NCBI GenBank assembly: GCA_964449305.1
Contig: CAYUYM010000004.1
Coordinates: 2,305 to 66,304 of the forward strand
From: an uncultured Chromatiales bacterium
GTDB taxonomy: Bacteria > Bacteroidota > Ignavibacteria > SZUA-365 > CAYQST01
Reading direction: 5' to 3'
Length of the DNA: 64,000 bases
Made by a program: the position numbers and the translations under genes. Every line of letters starts with the position of its first letter. Within the stretch, counting starts at the first letter, position 1. The notes beneath the pieces were generated by a model. The model saw only the letters and a program-made list of their open reading frames with translations. It was not told the DNA's origin and did not search any database. This document shows positions 21,305 through 30,442 of this stretch, piece by piece.

Positions 21305-22213
21305 CTAATGCGCAACGATGAGCTTGCGCGTGGCGACGCCGGCCGGCGTCTCGAGGCGGTAGTAATACACACCGGGTGTGCTGATCGCGCCCGCAGGGAT
21401 CGTCGCGGTGTATTCACCGGCGTCCATCACCTCGTCCTTCAGCACCGACAGCTCTCGGCCGAGGCAGTCGAACAGCGCAAGGCGCACCGGTCGGCGGTCG
21501 GCCACCGCGAAGCGGATCACGGACACCGAGGGAGCGGACAGGGAGACGGGGTTCGGGTAGTTCTGATCAAGACGCATGCCGGTTGCCGCAGGGATGCCCT
21601 CCACCGCGAGAACGGAGCTGCACAGCACGGACGCGCCGGTGACGGCATCGATGACACACACCATGGTGTCTGACGCCGACGAGATCTGGAAGATCCAGTA
21701 GTTGCCTGGCACACCACCCTGCGTCGCTGCGGTGTAGCCGCAGACGGCAAACTTCACCGCAGCATCCGGATTGCGCTGCACAAAATCATCCACGCCGGCG
21801 GTGTGCGCCGCAGTCATCGCGTCGGGGGAATCGAGCCAGGGTTCCGTCAGCTCCTGGGGCACATCCCCGTTCAGCGACACCTGTCCCTCACCCTCCACCA
21901 CCAGAATCTGTCGGCCCAGGACAGGCATGTCGAACACCATGGCCATGACCAGAGAGTCTTTGCTTGGAGAGTAGAAGGGATAGACCCAGCCCGAGGTCCG
22001 CCCGGTGGAGATGTCCATGAGCATGTTGATGAGGCCGTTGTTCATCTCGAGGAACATGACATTGGCAAGAAAGGCATCGGAGGAATACTCCGATTGCACC
22101 TGGGCGAAAACCTCATTGATGGGGTCCTTCGCCGCCATGTCCATGGTCTGCGCCTGGGCAGCCATGCCGGAGATGAGCAGGGCAAGCAGAAATAGTCGGG
22201 GTGTCTTCATCAT
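21305..22213 (-). CDS. Secreted hypothetical protein with a T9SS C-terminal sorting domain
   Basis: Signal peptide MMKTPRLFLLALLISGMAAQAQ with an AGAGGA Shine-Dalgarno 5 nt upstream. The C-terminus has the T9SS CTD pattern NYPNPVS...IRFAV...LALFDCLGREL...GVYYYRLET. Confidence 0.75.
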   Translation of the reverse strand: MMKTPRLFLLALLISGMAAQAQTMDMAAKDPINEVFAQVQSEYSSDAFLANVMFLEMNNGLINMLMDISTGRTSGWVYPFYSPSKDSLVMAMVFDMPVLGRQILVVEGEGQVSLNGDVPQELTEPWLDSPDAMTAAHTAGVDDFVQRNPDAAVKFAVCGYTAATQGGVPGNYWIFQISSASDTMVCVIDAVTGASVLCSSVLAVEGIPAATGMRLDQNYPNPVSLSAPSVSVIRFAVADRRPVRLALFDCLGRELSVLKDEVMDAGEYTATIPAGAISTPGVYYYRLETPAGVATRKLIVAH

Positions 22214-22414
22214 GGCATCCTCTTTGGTGATTGCGTGACTGATGGAAGGAAAATACAAAGTTTTGGAGAGAACAACGATTCCCTCGCGGCGCCGTCTGCC
22301 TGATGCATCGATCGGCGATGCCACCGGTCATTCCGGAAACGGTTTTCCAGAAAATCGTGTTATGCCTTTCGTTGCGAACGACCACACTTTTCCTCATCAT
22401 TCAGGAGACATTTC

Positions 22415-22945
22415 ATGCTTACGATTGGAGATCACTTCCCCGAGTTCAAATTGAAGGCCACGGTGAGCCGCGAAGCGGGTCAGGAATTTGCCGAGATCAC
22501 CGACAAATCCTTCCCCGGCAAGTGGCTGGTCGTGTTCTTCTGGCCCATGGATTTCACCTTCGTCTGCCCGACGGAGATCGCCGAATTCGGCAGGCGCTTC
22601 AACGATTTCAAGGACCGCGATGCCCAGGTGCTCGGTGCATCCATCGACACGGAATTCGTTCATCTTGCATGGCGCAACAATCACGCCGACTTGAAGGATC
22701 TCCCCTTCCCGATGCTCGCCGACACGAAGCGTGAGTTGTCGGAAGCGTTGGGCATCCTCCACAAGGAGGCCGGTGTCGATCTTCGTGCCACCTTCATCGT
22801 CGATCCCGAGGGCATCATCCGCTGGGTCACGGTGAACGATCTCTCCGTCGGCCGCTCCATCCCCGAGACGCTCCGCGTGCTCGATGCGCTCCAGACCGAC
22901 GAGCTCTGCCCCTGCAACTGGGAAAAGGGCCAGGCCACACTCTGA
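22415..22945 (+). CDS. ahpC: Peroxiredoxin, alkyl hydroperoxide reductase subunit C (typical 2-Cys Prx)
   Basis: FTFVCPTE peroxidatic Cys motif and a resolving Cys in the C-terminal ELCPCNW. AGGAGA Shine-Dalgarno 6 nt upstream. Confidence 0.92.
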   Translation: MLTIGDHFPEFKLKATVSREAGQEFAEITDKSFPGKWLVVFFWPMDFTFVCPTEIAEFGRRFNDFKDRDAQVLGASIDTEFVHLAWRNNHADLKDLPFPMLADTKRELSEALGILHKEAGVDLRATFIVDPEGIIRWVTVNDLSVGRSIPETLRVLDALQTDELCPCNWEKGQATL

Positions 22946-22948
22946 GGC

Positions 22949-23473
22949 ATGAGCATGAGCACACTCGAATCCCTCCGCGATGCGCTGCCCGAAGCGGCCA
23001 AGGACATCAAGCTCAACATCCAGTCCGTGCTCGGTGACGGCGCCCTGTCGCCGGCGCAGAAATGGGGCACGGCCGTGGCCTGCGCCATCGCGTCGCGCAA
23101 TGATGCGTTGAAATCGGCCATCCTCGCTGAGGCACAGGTGGTTGTCGAACCAGCAGTGATTGAGGACGCGAAGGCCGCCGCGGTGATCATGGGCATGAAC
23201 AACGTGTTCTACCGCTTCAAGCACATGGTCGGCAGAGACGCCTACACCTCCAAGCCAGCGCGTCTGCGCATGAACGTGATCGCCCGACCGCAGACCTCCA
23301 AGGTCGACTTCGAGCTGTTCTGCCTTGCTGTCAGTTCCATCAACGGCTGCGAATCCTGCATCCGCAGCCATGAGGCGGTGGTGCTGGAAGGCGGCCTCAC
23401 GGAGGACCATGTGTGGGATGCGGTCCGCATCGCCGCGGTGATCCACGCCATGGCGGTCTCGCTCGAGATCTGA
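22949..23473 (+). CDS. ahpD: Alkylhydroperoxidase AhpD-family protein (carboxymuconolactone decarboxylase fold)
   Basis: CxxC-containing motif INGCESCIRSHE, typical of AhpD. It lies 3 nt downstream of ahpC, as in the mycobacterial-type ahpC-ahpD pair. Confidence 0.85.
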   Translation: MSMSTLESLRDALPEAAKDIKLNIQSVLGDGALSPAQKWGTAVACAIASRNDALKSAILAEAQVVVEPAVIEDAKAAAVIMGMNNVFYRFKHMVGRDAYTSKPARLRMNVIARPQTSKVDFELFCLAVSSINGCESCIRSHEAVVLEGGLTEDHVWDAVRIAAVIHAMAVSLEI

Positions 23474-23495
23474 CGCAATCCATCGTGTTCAAGCG

Positions 23496-23535
23496 AACAA
23501 AGGGACGACGCAACCGTCGTCCCTTTGTTCGTTTC
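23496..23535. terminator. Bidirectional rho-independent terminator between ahpD and the convergent vWA gene
   Basis: 15-bp stem AACAAAGGGACGACG/CGTCGTCCCTTTGTT with a CAAC loop, then a T-rich tail. Confidence 0.85.
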
Positions 23536-23548
23536 AAGCCAGCGTTCC

Positions 23549-25042
23549 TCAACGGATCGTGAATCCGCGGCTCCAGCGCCGTCCGCCGGAGGTGATGGTC
23601 AGGACATGCCAGCCGGGTCCCGCCGGGCGAAGGTCCAGTTGCTCCACATCGCCGATGCCATCCATGATGCCCTGGGCGCGATGGATCTCGCGGCCCAGCA
23701 GGTCGTGCACGGTGAGCGTGTAGGGTCCATGCACATCGGCTGGAATCTGCACGCAGAAGCGGCCGTCACTGGGCTCGGGCCAGATGCCGGGCACGGAGGC
23801 GGAGGGCACCTGGTCGATCGCGGTCGCGATGCCGGTGGTGGCGGATGCGGTGGCACCATCGCAGAGGTTGCGTGTGGTGATGCTGATGGACGCGCCCGGG
23901 CTGGGCGGCCCCGCCTCGTTGCGCCAGGCGATGCGGCAATCCTGCCCCGGCGTTGTGCGTGCGATGGTGAAGATGCGCCCGAACACCTGCGCCAGCTCGG
24001 TGGAGGTGGGGCACTTCAGGAACTCGCCGCCGGTGCCTGTGGCGAGTGCCTTGAGCTGCGTCGTGTCGCCGATGCCCAGAGCGATGGTGAAGATGCGCAC
24101 GGAATCCGCGACAGCCAGGGTGAGGACATCCAGCATGGAATGCGAGCTGCTGTTGTCCATCCCGTCCGTCATCAGCACCACGATTCTGTTGGGGTTGGAC
24201 GCCTGTGCAGCGATGGAGACGACCCCCTCGTACCCGGCGTCCCACACGGCCGTGGCTCCTCCGCAGGTGAGTCCGTTCACCGCCGCGGTGAGCAGGCTCT
24301 GGTTCGTGGTCAGCGGCTGGAGCAGCGTGGTGGTGGTGGAGAACGCGTGCAGCGAGGCCTCGTCGGACACCCCATCCATGTTGGACACGAACTGCGTGGC
24401 CGCCTGCATGAGCGCGGTCATGGGTTGCCCCACCATCGATCCTGACACATCGAGCACGAGTGCGGCGGAAAGCGGGTTGAAGAATGCCGAGGTGAGTGTG
24501 AGATCCGTCACATCACGACCGTCCTCCTGGACAAGGAGATCCTCGCGCGTGAAGCCGAACGCAGGCTGGCATTCCATGGAGCAGCACAGGATGCGGAAAT
24601 CCACGATCCTCTCGACGCCGTTCGCGCACGCCCGTGTGATGGTGAGCGTGCTTGATGTGGTGGGTGTGACTCGCACCTCGGTGATGCACTCCGCCTTGTT
24701 GCCCACCGCGTCGGTCACCTCACAGCGGTAGGACCCGGACTCCAGCGCCGTGAACACGGAGAGCTGTGACGACGGCTGGGGGAGCTGTCCTGTGAGCGGT
24801 GGGAGCGGCGTCCAGGCGAAGGTGCAGGGCTGCCGTGCCTCCCGCACATAGGCGAACAGCGCGACACTGGCACCCTTCGGCACCGTGATCGTGGGCAGGG
24901 TGGTGACCAGCAGCCCTCCATCTCTGACGGCGGGCTGCGGAGCGTCGGGGGTGGGCATCTGTGCCGAGGTGATCTGCACCATGGCGATGAACAGGATCCA
25001 GAAACGGACCCCCATTTGTGCGAGGTGGTGAATCTTCTTCAT
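23549..25042 (-). CDS. Secreted von Willebrand factor A (vWA) domain protein with a T9SS C-terminal sorting domain
   Basis: Signal peptide MKKIHHLAQMGVRFWILFIAMVQITSAQ and an Ig-like N-terminal region. vWA MIDAS-like motifs are present (LVLDVSGSM, ATAVWDA, VVLMTDGMDN), followed by a CTD (YTLTVHDLLGREI...HVLTITSGGRRW). Confidence 0.82.
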   Translation of the reverse strand: MKKIHHLAQMGVRFWILFIAMVQITSAQMPTPDAPQPAVRDGGLLVTTLPTITVPKGASVALFAYVREARQPCTFAWTPLPPLTGQLPQPSSQLSVFTALESGSYRCEVTDAVGNKAECITEVRVTPTTSSTLTITRACANGVERIVDFRILCCSMECQPAFGFTREDLLVQEDGRDVTDLTLTSAFFNPLSAALVLDVSGSMVGQPMTALMQAATQFVSNMDGVSDEASLHAFSTTTTLLQPLTTNQSLLTAAVNGLTCGGATAVWDAGYEGVVSIAAQASNPNRIVVLMTDGMDNSSSHSMLDVLTLAVADSVRIFTIALGIGDTTQLKALATGTGGEFLKCPTSTELAQVFGRIFTIARTTPGQDCRIAWRNEAGPPSPGASISITTRNLCDGATASATTGIATAIDQVPSASVPGIWPEPSDGRFCVQIPADVHGPYTLTVHDLLGREIHRAQGIMDGIGDVEQLDLRPAGPGWHVLTITSGGRRWSRGFTIR

Positions 25043-25319
25043 GTCGACTCCGGGAGTGGCTGCGTGGCGTTGCATGGTGGGATGGTGTCGTACCATCCCG
25101 GCGGAGAGTGTCGGTCCCCGTCGTGTGACGGTCAGGGCAAATCTCCGCAGAATTCCACCGAAATCAAATCCCCGCGCCCCCGCCCTGCGACGGGCCCCGG
25201 AACACGCGTGCCTCCGGCCACGATGTCCCGCCATTAATCCCTTGCCCCTTTGAAACGGCCGTTGTATGTTGCCGATGTGTACAACAACGGCTGCTTCCTC
25301 ATTCACCAAAGGCGTACCG

Positions 25320-25793
25320 ATGAGATTGCCCAAGTTCGAAACCGAATGGAACGGCTTCAAAACCTACGTCGCCGTCACATGGGATCGCCTCACCGATGCC
25401 GAGCTCACAAAAGTCCAGGGGAATTTTTCTGAGCTTGTCCGGGTGATCATGGAACGCTACGAGTCGTCGAAGTACGACGCGGAAAAACAACTTGAAACCC
25501 TGTACTCCACCTATCTAGAAACGAGGCATATCATGTCACAGGAAACGAACACCATCCAATCGGAAATGGAATCCCGCACCAGCGAGATCGCCGAGGCCCT
25601 CAAGCAGAAGGCTGCGGAATACCAGGCTGCGGCCAAGGAGAAATACCAGGAGCTGCGTGCCAAGGCCATCGACCCCGCCATCGAGAAGTCCGAGGAATTC
25701 ATCAAGATCCATCCCTTCAGCATGGTGCTTGGCGCTTTCGGCGTCGGCTTCCTCATTGGTGGCGTCATCGGCCTCCTTTCCAAGCGCGACTGA
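25320..25793 (+). CDS. DUF883 (ElaB/YqjD/YgaM-like) stress-associated membrane-anchored protein with a CsbD-like N-terminal region
   Basis: C-terminal HPFSMVLGAFGVGFLIGGVIGLLSKR is the hallmark DUF883 tail-anchor. The preceding segment is a charged coiled-coil. Confidence 0.7.
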   Translation: MRLPKFETEWNGFKTYVAVTWDRLTDAELTKVQGNFSELVRVIMERYESSKYDAEKQLETLYSTYLETRHIMSQETNTIQSEMESRTSEIAEALKQKAAEYQAAAKEKYQELRAKAIDPAIEKSEEFIKIHPFSMVLGAFGVGFLIGGVIGLLSKRD

Positions 25794-25820
25794 CCTGTCC
25801 ACCCCGTTCCCTCCCCTCGC

Positions 25821-25850
25821 AAAGGCCGTCGTCTCGACGGCCTTTTGTGT
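25821..25850. terminator. Bidirectional terminator hairpin between DUF883 and the convergent lipoate-ligase-family gene
   Basis: AAAGGCCGTCG-tct-CGACGGCCTTT followed by TGTGTG. Confidence 0.75.
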
Positions 25851-25867
25851 GATGCGGGCGCCCGCCA

Positions 25868-26707
25868 TCAGCGGACGCGGTACACCCAGTCGTAGCGTCG
25901 GTAGAGCGCGTCCATCCGCTCCCGCGCCTCGTCGAGCTCGTCCCGGGTGAAGGAGGATGTGTGCGTCACGTGCTGTGCGGCAAAGGCGGCGAACAGCCAT
26001 GCACGGACCTCGGCGAGTGACAGACTGGTGAAATGAGTCAGAGGGGACACTTTCTTGACGGCGCTCGGGATGCCGCGGCTGTTGTGCTTCGTGCGCCCCA
26101 GCCGCAACACGCCATAGAGCCGTTCATCGCTCATTGCATGGGCCAACGTTGCGTGATGGAGCACCGTCTTGGCGCGCCGCACCTGCGCCGCTCCGCCGAT
26201 CTTGGCGTAGGGCGAGGCGATGTCGTTGATCGGAACATACGTGGCCGGGATGCCGAGCGCCCGCAGACCCCGGATGATCCATCGGTCGAGAAAGGCGAAG
26301 GACTGCACGAAGGACATGTCGGCGACAACCGACTCGGGCACGATGACCGAATAGGTGATGGTGCGGCCGGGCTCCACCAGCATGGCCCCACCCCCGCTCA
26401 TGCGCCGGACGATGCGCGTGTCCGTGCGCACGGCGTTCTCCACGTCGATCTCGTTGCGCACCGACTGGTAGGAACCGAGCACCACGGCCGCCTCGCTCCA
26501 GTCCCACAGCCAGAAGACGGGGCGGCGCCTCCCCTGCGCCACACGATACAGCAGCGTCGTGTCAAGCGCAAGGTTTTCGTCTGCTCTGTGCGGATCACCG
26601 AGAATGGTGTCGAACTCCAGTGCATCCATGCGGGCGAACCATGACGGGTTCAGCGGTGTGCCGCACCAGGAGTCCTGCCAGGGGGGAAGCGCGAGGTCGG
26701 GCATCAC
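25868..26707 (-). CDS. Lipoate/octanoate protein ligase family protein (BPL_LplA_LipB catalytic domain only; LipM/LipL-like size)
   Basis: 279 aa with RRxSGGGAMxxEPG and KIGGAAQVRR, corresponding to the LplA/LipM lipoyl-AMP/octanoyl binding motifs. It lacks the LplA C-terminal accessory domain. Confidence 0.75.
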   Translation of the reverse strand: MMPDLALPPWQDSWCGTPLNPSWFARMDALEFDTILGDPHRADENLALDTTLLYRVAQGRRRPVFWLWDWSEAAVVLGSYQSVRNEIDVENAVRTDTRIVRRMSGGGAMLVEPGRTITYSVIVPESVVADMSFVQSFAFLDRWIIRGLRALGIPATYVPINDIASPYAKIGGAAQVRRAKTVLHHATLAHAMSDERLYGVLRLGRTKHNSRGIPSAVKKVSPLTHFTSLSLAEVRAWLFAAFAAQHVTHTSSFTRDELDEARERMDALYRRYDWVYRVR

Positions 26708-27267
26708 GGCACCTCCGTTTGATCTGGTGGGGGCGACTCTGCGTCCCGCTTTCGTGTCGACTGCCGTTCCTGCCAGCCCTGCACAATGAGCAGCGCCCCG
26801 GTGCCCACAAGCAGAAGTGCCACACCGATGAGAATGGCCCCGACAAGGTGATGCTCATGCGAGGCGATCATGGCGCCGAGGAAGGCGATCACCATGCCGA
26901 CCCCGGTCATGAGGCCGCCGGCGATGAAGGGGGATCGCATGATCTGCACCGCGCTGATGATGGCAAGCAGCCAGCCCACGGGGTAGGGCACGCACAGCAG
27001 CAGCCACCACATGGACCGCCCGGTGTCGCCGCCCACACCGCCCTGCATGCTGAGGATCCACAGCGCCCCCACGCCGAGAAGCGTGCAGATGAGCGCGGTG
27101 ACGGCCAGCGGTCGGTTGCGCGTCCTCCCGGCCCAGGCCGCGGCAGCGGTGACGATGCTGCCGGCAAGGATGGCGAGCGAACCCTCGAGGGGGTCCACCG
27201 TGCCGATGATGATCATGATGAAGCCGGTGATGGCGAGGCGGCGTGACCAGAGTGCATTGGTGTTCAT
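26704..27267 (-). CDS. Hypothetical six-TM membrane protein, translationally coupled (4-nt overlap) to the lipoate-ligase-family gene
   Basis: 187 aa starting MNTNALWSRRLAITGFIMIII. Six hydrophobic helices. No family recognised. Confidence 0.55.
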   Translation of the reverse strand: MNTNALWSRRLAITGFIMIIIGTVDPLEGSLAILAGSIVTAAAAWAGRTRNRPLAVTALICTLLGVGALWILSMQGGVGGDTGRSMWWLLLCVPYPVGWLLAIISAVQIMRSPFIAGGLMTGVGMVIAFLGAMIASHEHHLVGAILIGVALLLVGTGALLIVQGWQERQSTRKRDAESPPPDQTEVP

Positions 27268-27475
27268 GGCGCAGCGAGGGTGATGTCGGTGGGAGAATGA
27301 CCGTCGATGTGTGACCACCTGCTTCGGTGAAGAAACGCGGGATTTGGCGCACCGACTCTCATGCAGGATGGAGAGGTGGTGATTGTGGCTCACATCGTAT
27401 GGGTGCAATATATTTGCGGTGACGGTCAGGCGCAATCCCCCTTGCACGGTTCATCCCCTTTTCAGGAGGCGCACC

Positions 27476-28933
27476 ATGACGGCACCCCGCTCCCATTCCC
27501 GATCCTCCCGGCATCCCCTGTCGATTGCATGGATCCGCCGCGATCTCCGCCTCTCCGACCACGCAGCCCTTGCCGCCGCCTGCGCGGAATCCGATCGCGT
27601 CGCCGTCGTGTTCGTGTTCGACACCACCATCCTCTCGCGCCTCCACGACCGCGACGACCGGCGCCTTTCCTTCATCGACCGCTCCCTCGAGGAACTCGAC
27701 GCCGCCCTTCGCTCACGCGGGTCCGCGCTCATCGTGCGGCACGGCGATCCGGTGGACGTCGTCCCGCGCCTGTGCATCGAGCTCGGCGCCTGCGCCGTCC
27801 ACGTGAACAGGGACCACGATCCCGACGCCAGGCACCGCGACACGCGCGTGGCGGAGGCCCTGGCCTCGATCGGCGTGGAGTTCCACGACCACAAGGACCT
27901 TGTCATCTTTGAGAGCGATGAGATCCTCACGGGCAGGGGTGAACCGTTCCGCGTCTTCACACCATACAAGCGTGCCTGGCTGTCCGCCTTCTCCAGCCTG
28001 CGTTTCATGGTGCACCCCACCGTGTCCCACACGCCCGACCTCGCGCGCCTCGCCCCCCGGGCCGACCTCGCTGATGCCGTGGCGCCATGGTCGCTGGAGG
28101 GCATCGGCTTCCGGCGGTCGACCTTGTGGCTCGATGCCGGGGAGCAGGCTGCCGCGCGCCGCCTGAAGCACTTCCTCACCACCATCGGCCGCTATCACAT
28201 CGACCGCGACTATCCCTCGATTGACGGAACCTCGGGGCTTTCGGTCCATCTGCGCTTCGGCACCATCTCCATCCGCGAATGTGTCCGCCGCGTCGCCGAT
28301 GCCCACCGCGACAATGTGGGCGCTCAGACCTGGCTGTCCGAGCTCATCTGGCGCGAGTTCTACCAGGCCATTCTTCACTGGAAACCCTCGGTGGTGGGCC
28401 ACGCCTTCCGCGAGGAGTACGACGGTATCGTGTGGCCGGGGTCGGAGGAGCACTTCACGGCCTGGTGCGAGGGCCGAACCGGCTACCCCATCATCGATGC
28501 GGCAATGCGCTGCTTCGCGGCCACGGGCTGGATGCACAACCGGCTGCGCATGGTGACCGCAGGCTTCCTCGTGAAGGATCTGCTCGTGGACTGGCGCCGC
28601 GGAGAGGAGCACTTCGCCCGCTTCCTGCTCGACTACGACCTTGCCGCCAACAACGGCGGCTGGCAGTGGTCGGCCTCCACCGGCTGCGATGCACAGCCGT
28701 GGTTCCGCATCTTCAACCCCGTCATGCAGTCCCGCCGCTTCGATCCCGACGGTGTCTTCATCCGCCGCTGGTGCCCCGAGCTCGACGGCGTCCCGTCCAC
28801 CGCCATTCACTTCCCCCATGGCGAGGGCATGCTGCACCTCGCCGGCACACCCTCCCTCTTCGGCCCCCCGTATCCGTCCCCCATCGTGGATCACGCCACA
28901 CAGCGGGACAGGGCCCTCGCCCTCTTCCGCTGA
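27476..28933 (+). CDS. phrB: Deoxyribodipyrimidine photolyase / cryptochrome family (FAD-binding)
   Basis: N-terminal photolyase alpha/beta domain (IAWIRRDLRLSDHAAL) and a C-terminal FAD_binding_7 domain (TGYPIIDAAMRCFAATGWMHNRLRMVTAGFLVKDL, WQWSAS). AGGAGG Shine-Dalgarno 6 nt upstream. Confidence 0.92.
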   Translation: MTAPRSHSRSSRHPLSIAWIRRDLRLSDHAALAAACAESDRVAVVFVFDTTILSRLHDRDDRRLSFIDRSLEELDAALRSRGSALIVRHGDPVDVVPRLCIELGACAVHVNRDHDPDARHRDTRVAEALASIGVEFHDHKDLVIFESDEILTGRGEPFRVFTPYKRAWLSAFSSLRFMVHPTVSHTPDLARLAPRADLADAVAPWSLEGIGFRRSTLWLDAGEQAAARRLKHFLTTIGRYHIDRDYPSIDGTSGLSVHLRFGTISIRECVRRVADAHRDNVGAQTWLSELIWREFYQAILHWKPSVVGHAFREEYDGIVWPGSEEHFTAWCEGRTGYPIIDAAMRCFAATGWMHNRLRMVTAGFLVKDLLVDWRRGEEHFARFLLDYDLAANNGGWQWSASTGCDAQPWFRIFNPVMQSRRFDPDGVFIRRWCPELDGVPSTAIHFPHGEGMLHLAGTPSLFGPPYPSPIVDHATQRDRALALFR

Positions 28934-28995
28934 GTCGAGGGCAACGCGGGCGCATCACCCACCGGCGTCATCATCACCGCGCCACGCGGCGAAAG

Positions 28996-29034
28996 TTCAC
29001 ATTTCCGTAACATGGCCGTAACATCCTGTTCACA
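28996..29034 (+). promoter_or_regulatory. Candidate Pho box: TTCACA-N3-CCGTAACAT-GG-CCGTAACAT-CCTG-TTCACA, about 95 nt upstream of the porin-pstSCAB-phoU operon
   Basis: Two perfect 9-bp direct repeats on an 11-bp (one helical turn) register, flanked by a repeated TTCACA. This is the organisation expected for tandem PhoB-type winged-helix binding. Confidence 0.45.
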
Positions 29035-29127
29035 CGCCAGGGGTAGGTTGCATGCATCTTCGTGGCCTGGTCGTTTCCGGTCATGAAGCCCGTGATCAAC
29101 GATCGCCAACCACAACATGGAGAATGC

Positions 29128-30393
29128 ATGAAACACTTTTTCACCGCCTGTCTCGTCCTTGTCGCGCTCATGAGTGTCACCGCCCTTGCCCAGGAGGAGG
29201 AGAAATCCGTCCGCGAGCAGATGGACGAATTGAAGGGCAAGGTGGATGGCATGGATGAAACCGTCAAGACACTGGAATCCGACGTCTCGGGATTGAAGAA
29301 GATCAAGGTGTCCGGCTATCTGCAGCTCAACTGGGAGAAGTCGGAGAAGGAAAAGGGGTTCGCCGCGGATCCCTACGACAGCAAGGACTACGACATGACG
29401 CGCTTCCGCGTGCGACGCAGCCGGCTCAAATTCAATTATGATGCAGGCGTTTCGCAGATGGTGGTCCAGGGCGACTTCTCGAACAGTGGGTTCGAGCTGA
29501 AGGACGCCTACCTCGAGTTCTCGGAGCCATGGTTGAAGATGTTCACGCTGCGCGCCGGTGTGTTCAACCGCCCGAACTATGAGGTGGAGTACTCCTCCAG
29601 CCAGCGCGAATCCCCGGAGCGCTCCACTGTGATCGCTTCCATCTATCCAAAGGAGCGTGATCTGGGAGCGATGCTCACCTTCGCACCCGAGGATCTGTTC
29701 ACGCTGCAGTTCGCCGCCTTCAACAACACCTTCAAGGGCACCTACGCGCAGAACAACCCGAACTTCGGTCCGTACCCGCTCTACTTCATGACACGTGTCA
29801 CCAAGTCCTTCATCCTCGGCGACCTCGGTCTCGACCTCGGCGTGCATGCACGCTTCGGCAATGTGCGCACGAACAATGCCTTCGTGCGCGAGTCCGACGA
29901 GCCCATCGCGATGCGGACCGCCGCCGATTCGAGCGCCGCACGCACGGGCACCGTGGGAGGCAGCGCACCCAAGACCTGGTTCGGCGTGGAAGCGCAGCTC
30001 TACTACGACTTCCTTGGCGGCATGAAGATCATGGGCGAGTACATCATGGGGCAGGATGTGAACGAGCTTTCGACAGCAGCACCCCTTGCCGCCATCCGCA
30101 AGCGCGACTTCATGGGCTGGTATGTCTACCTCGTGAAGAACCTCGGCACGGAATTCCAGTTCGCCCTGAAATATGACAGCTACAATCCCAACACATCCAT
30201 CTCGTCCGATGTGATCGACAACAGCGCAGAACTTGCCGTCAACACGCTCGGTCTCGGCATCCACAACTACACGTTCCCGAACGTCCGCCTCACCCTGTGG
30301 TACGACTCCATCACAACAACCACGAACGACAGGCTCCTCAAGGCCGACCCGAAGGACAATCTCCTCACCATCCGTGCACAGTACAAATTCTGA
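29128..30393 (+). CDS. Phosphate-selective outer-membrane porin (OprO/OprP family)
   Basis: Signal peptide MKHFFTACLVLVALMSVTALAQ. N-terminal coiled-coil then a beta-barrel with alternating amphipathic strands ending in a C-terminal aromatic (…AQYKF). Overall similarity to Porin_O_P and its position directly upstream of pstS. Confidence 0.78.
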   Translation: MKHFFTACLVLVALMSVTALAQEEEKSVREQMDELKGKVDGMDETVKTLESDVSGLKKIKVSGYLQLNWEKSEKEKGFAADPYDSKDYDMTRFRVRRSRLKFNYDAGVSQMVVQGDFSNSGFELKDAYLEFSEPWLKMFTLRAGVFNRPNYEVEYSSSQRESPERSTVIASIYPKERDLGAMLTFAPEDLFTLQFAAFNNTFKGTYAQNNPNFGPYPLYFMTRVTKSFILGDLGLDLGVHARFGNVRTNNAFVRESDEPIAMRTAADSSAARTGTVGGSAPKTWFGVEAQLYYDFLGGMKIMGEYIMGQDVNELSTAAPLAAIRKRDFMGWYVYLVKNLGTEFQFALKYDSYNPNTSISSDVIDNSAELAVNTLGLGIHNYTFPNVRLTLWYDSITTTTNDRLLKADPKDNLLTIRAQYKF

Positions 30394-30442
30394 TCGGACC
30401 CCGTCACCCACATCACTGCACCACACACTACAAGGATACAGC

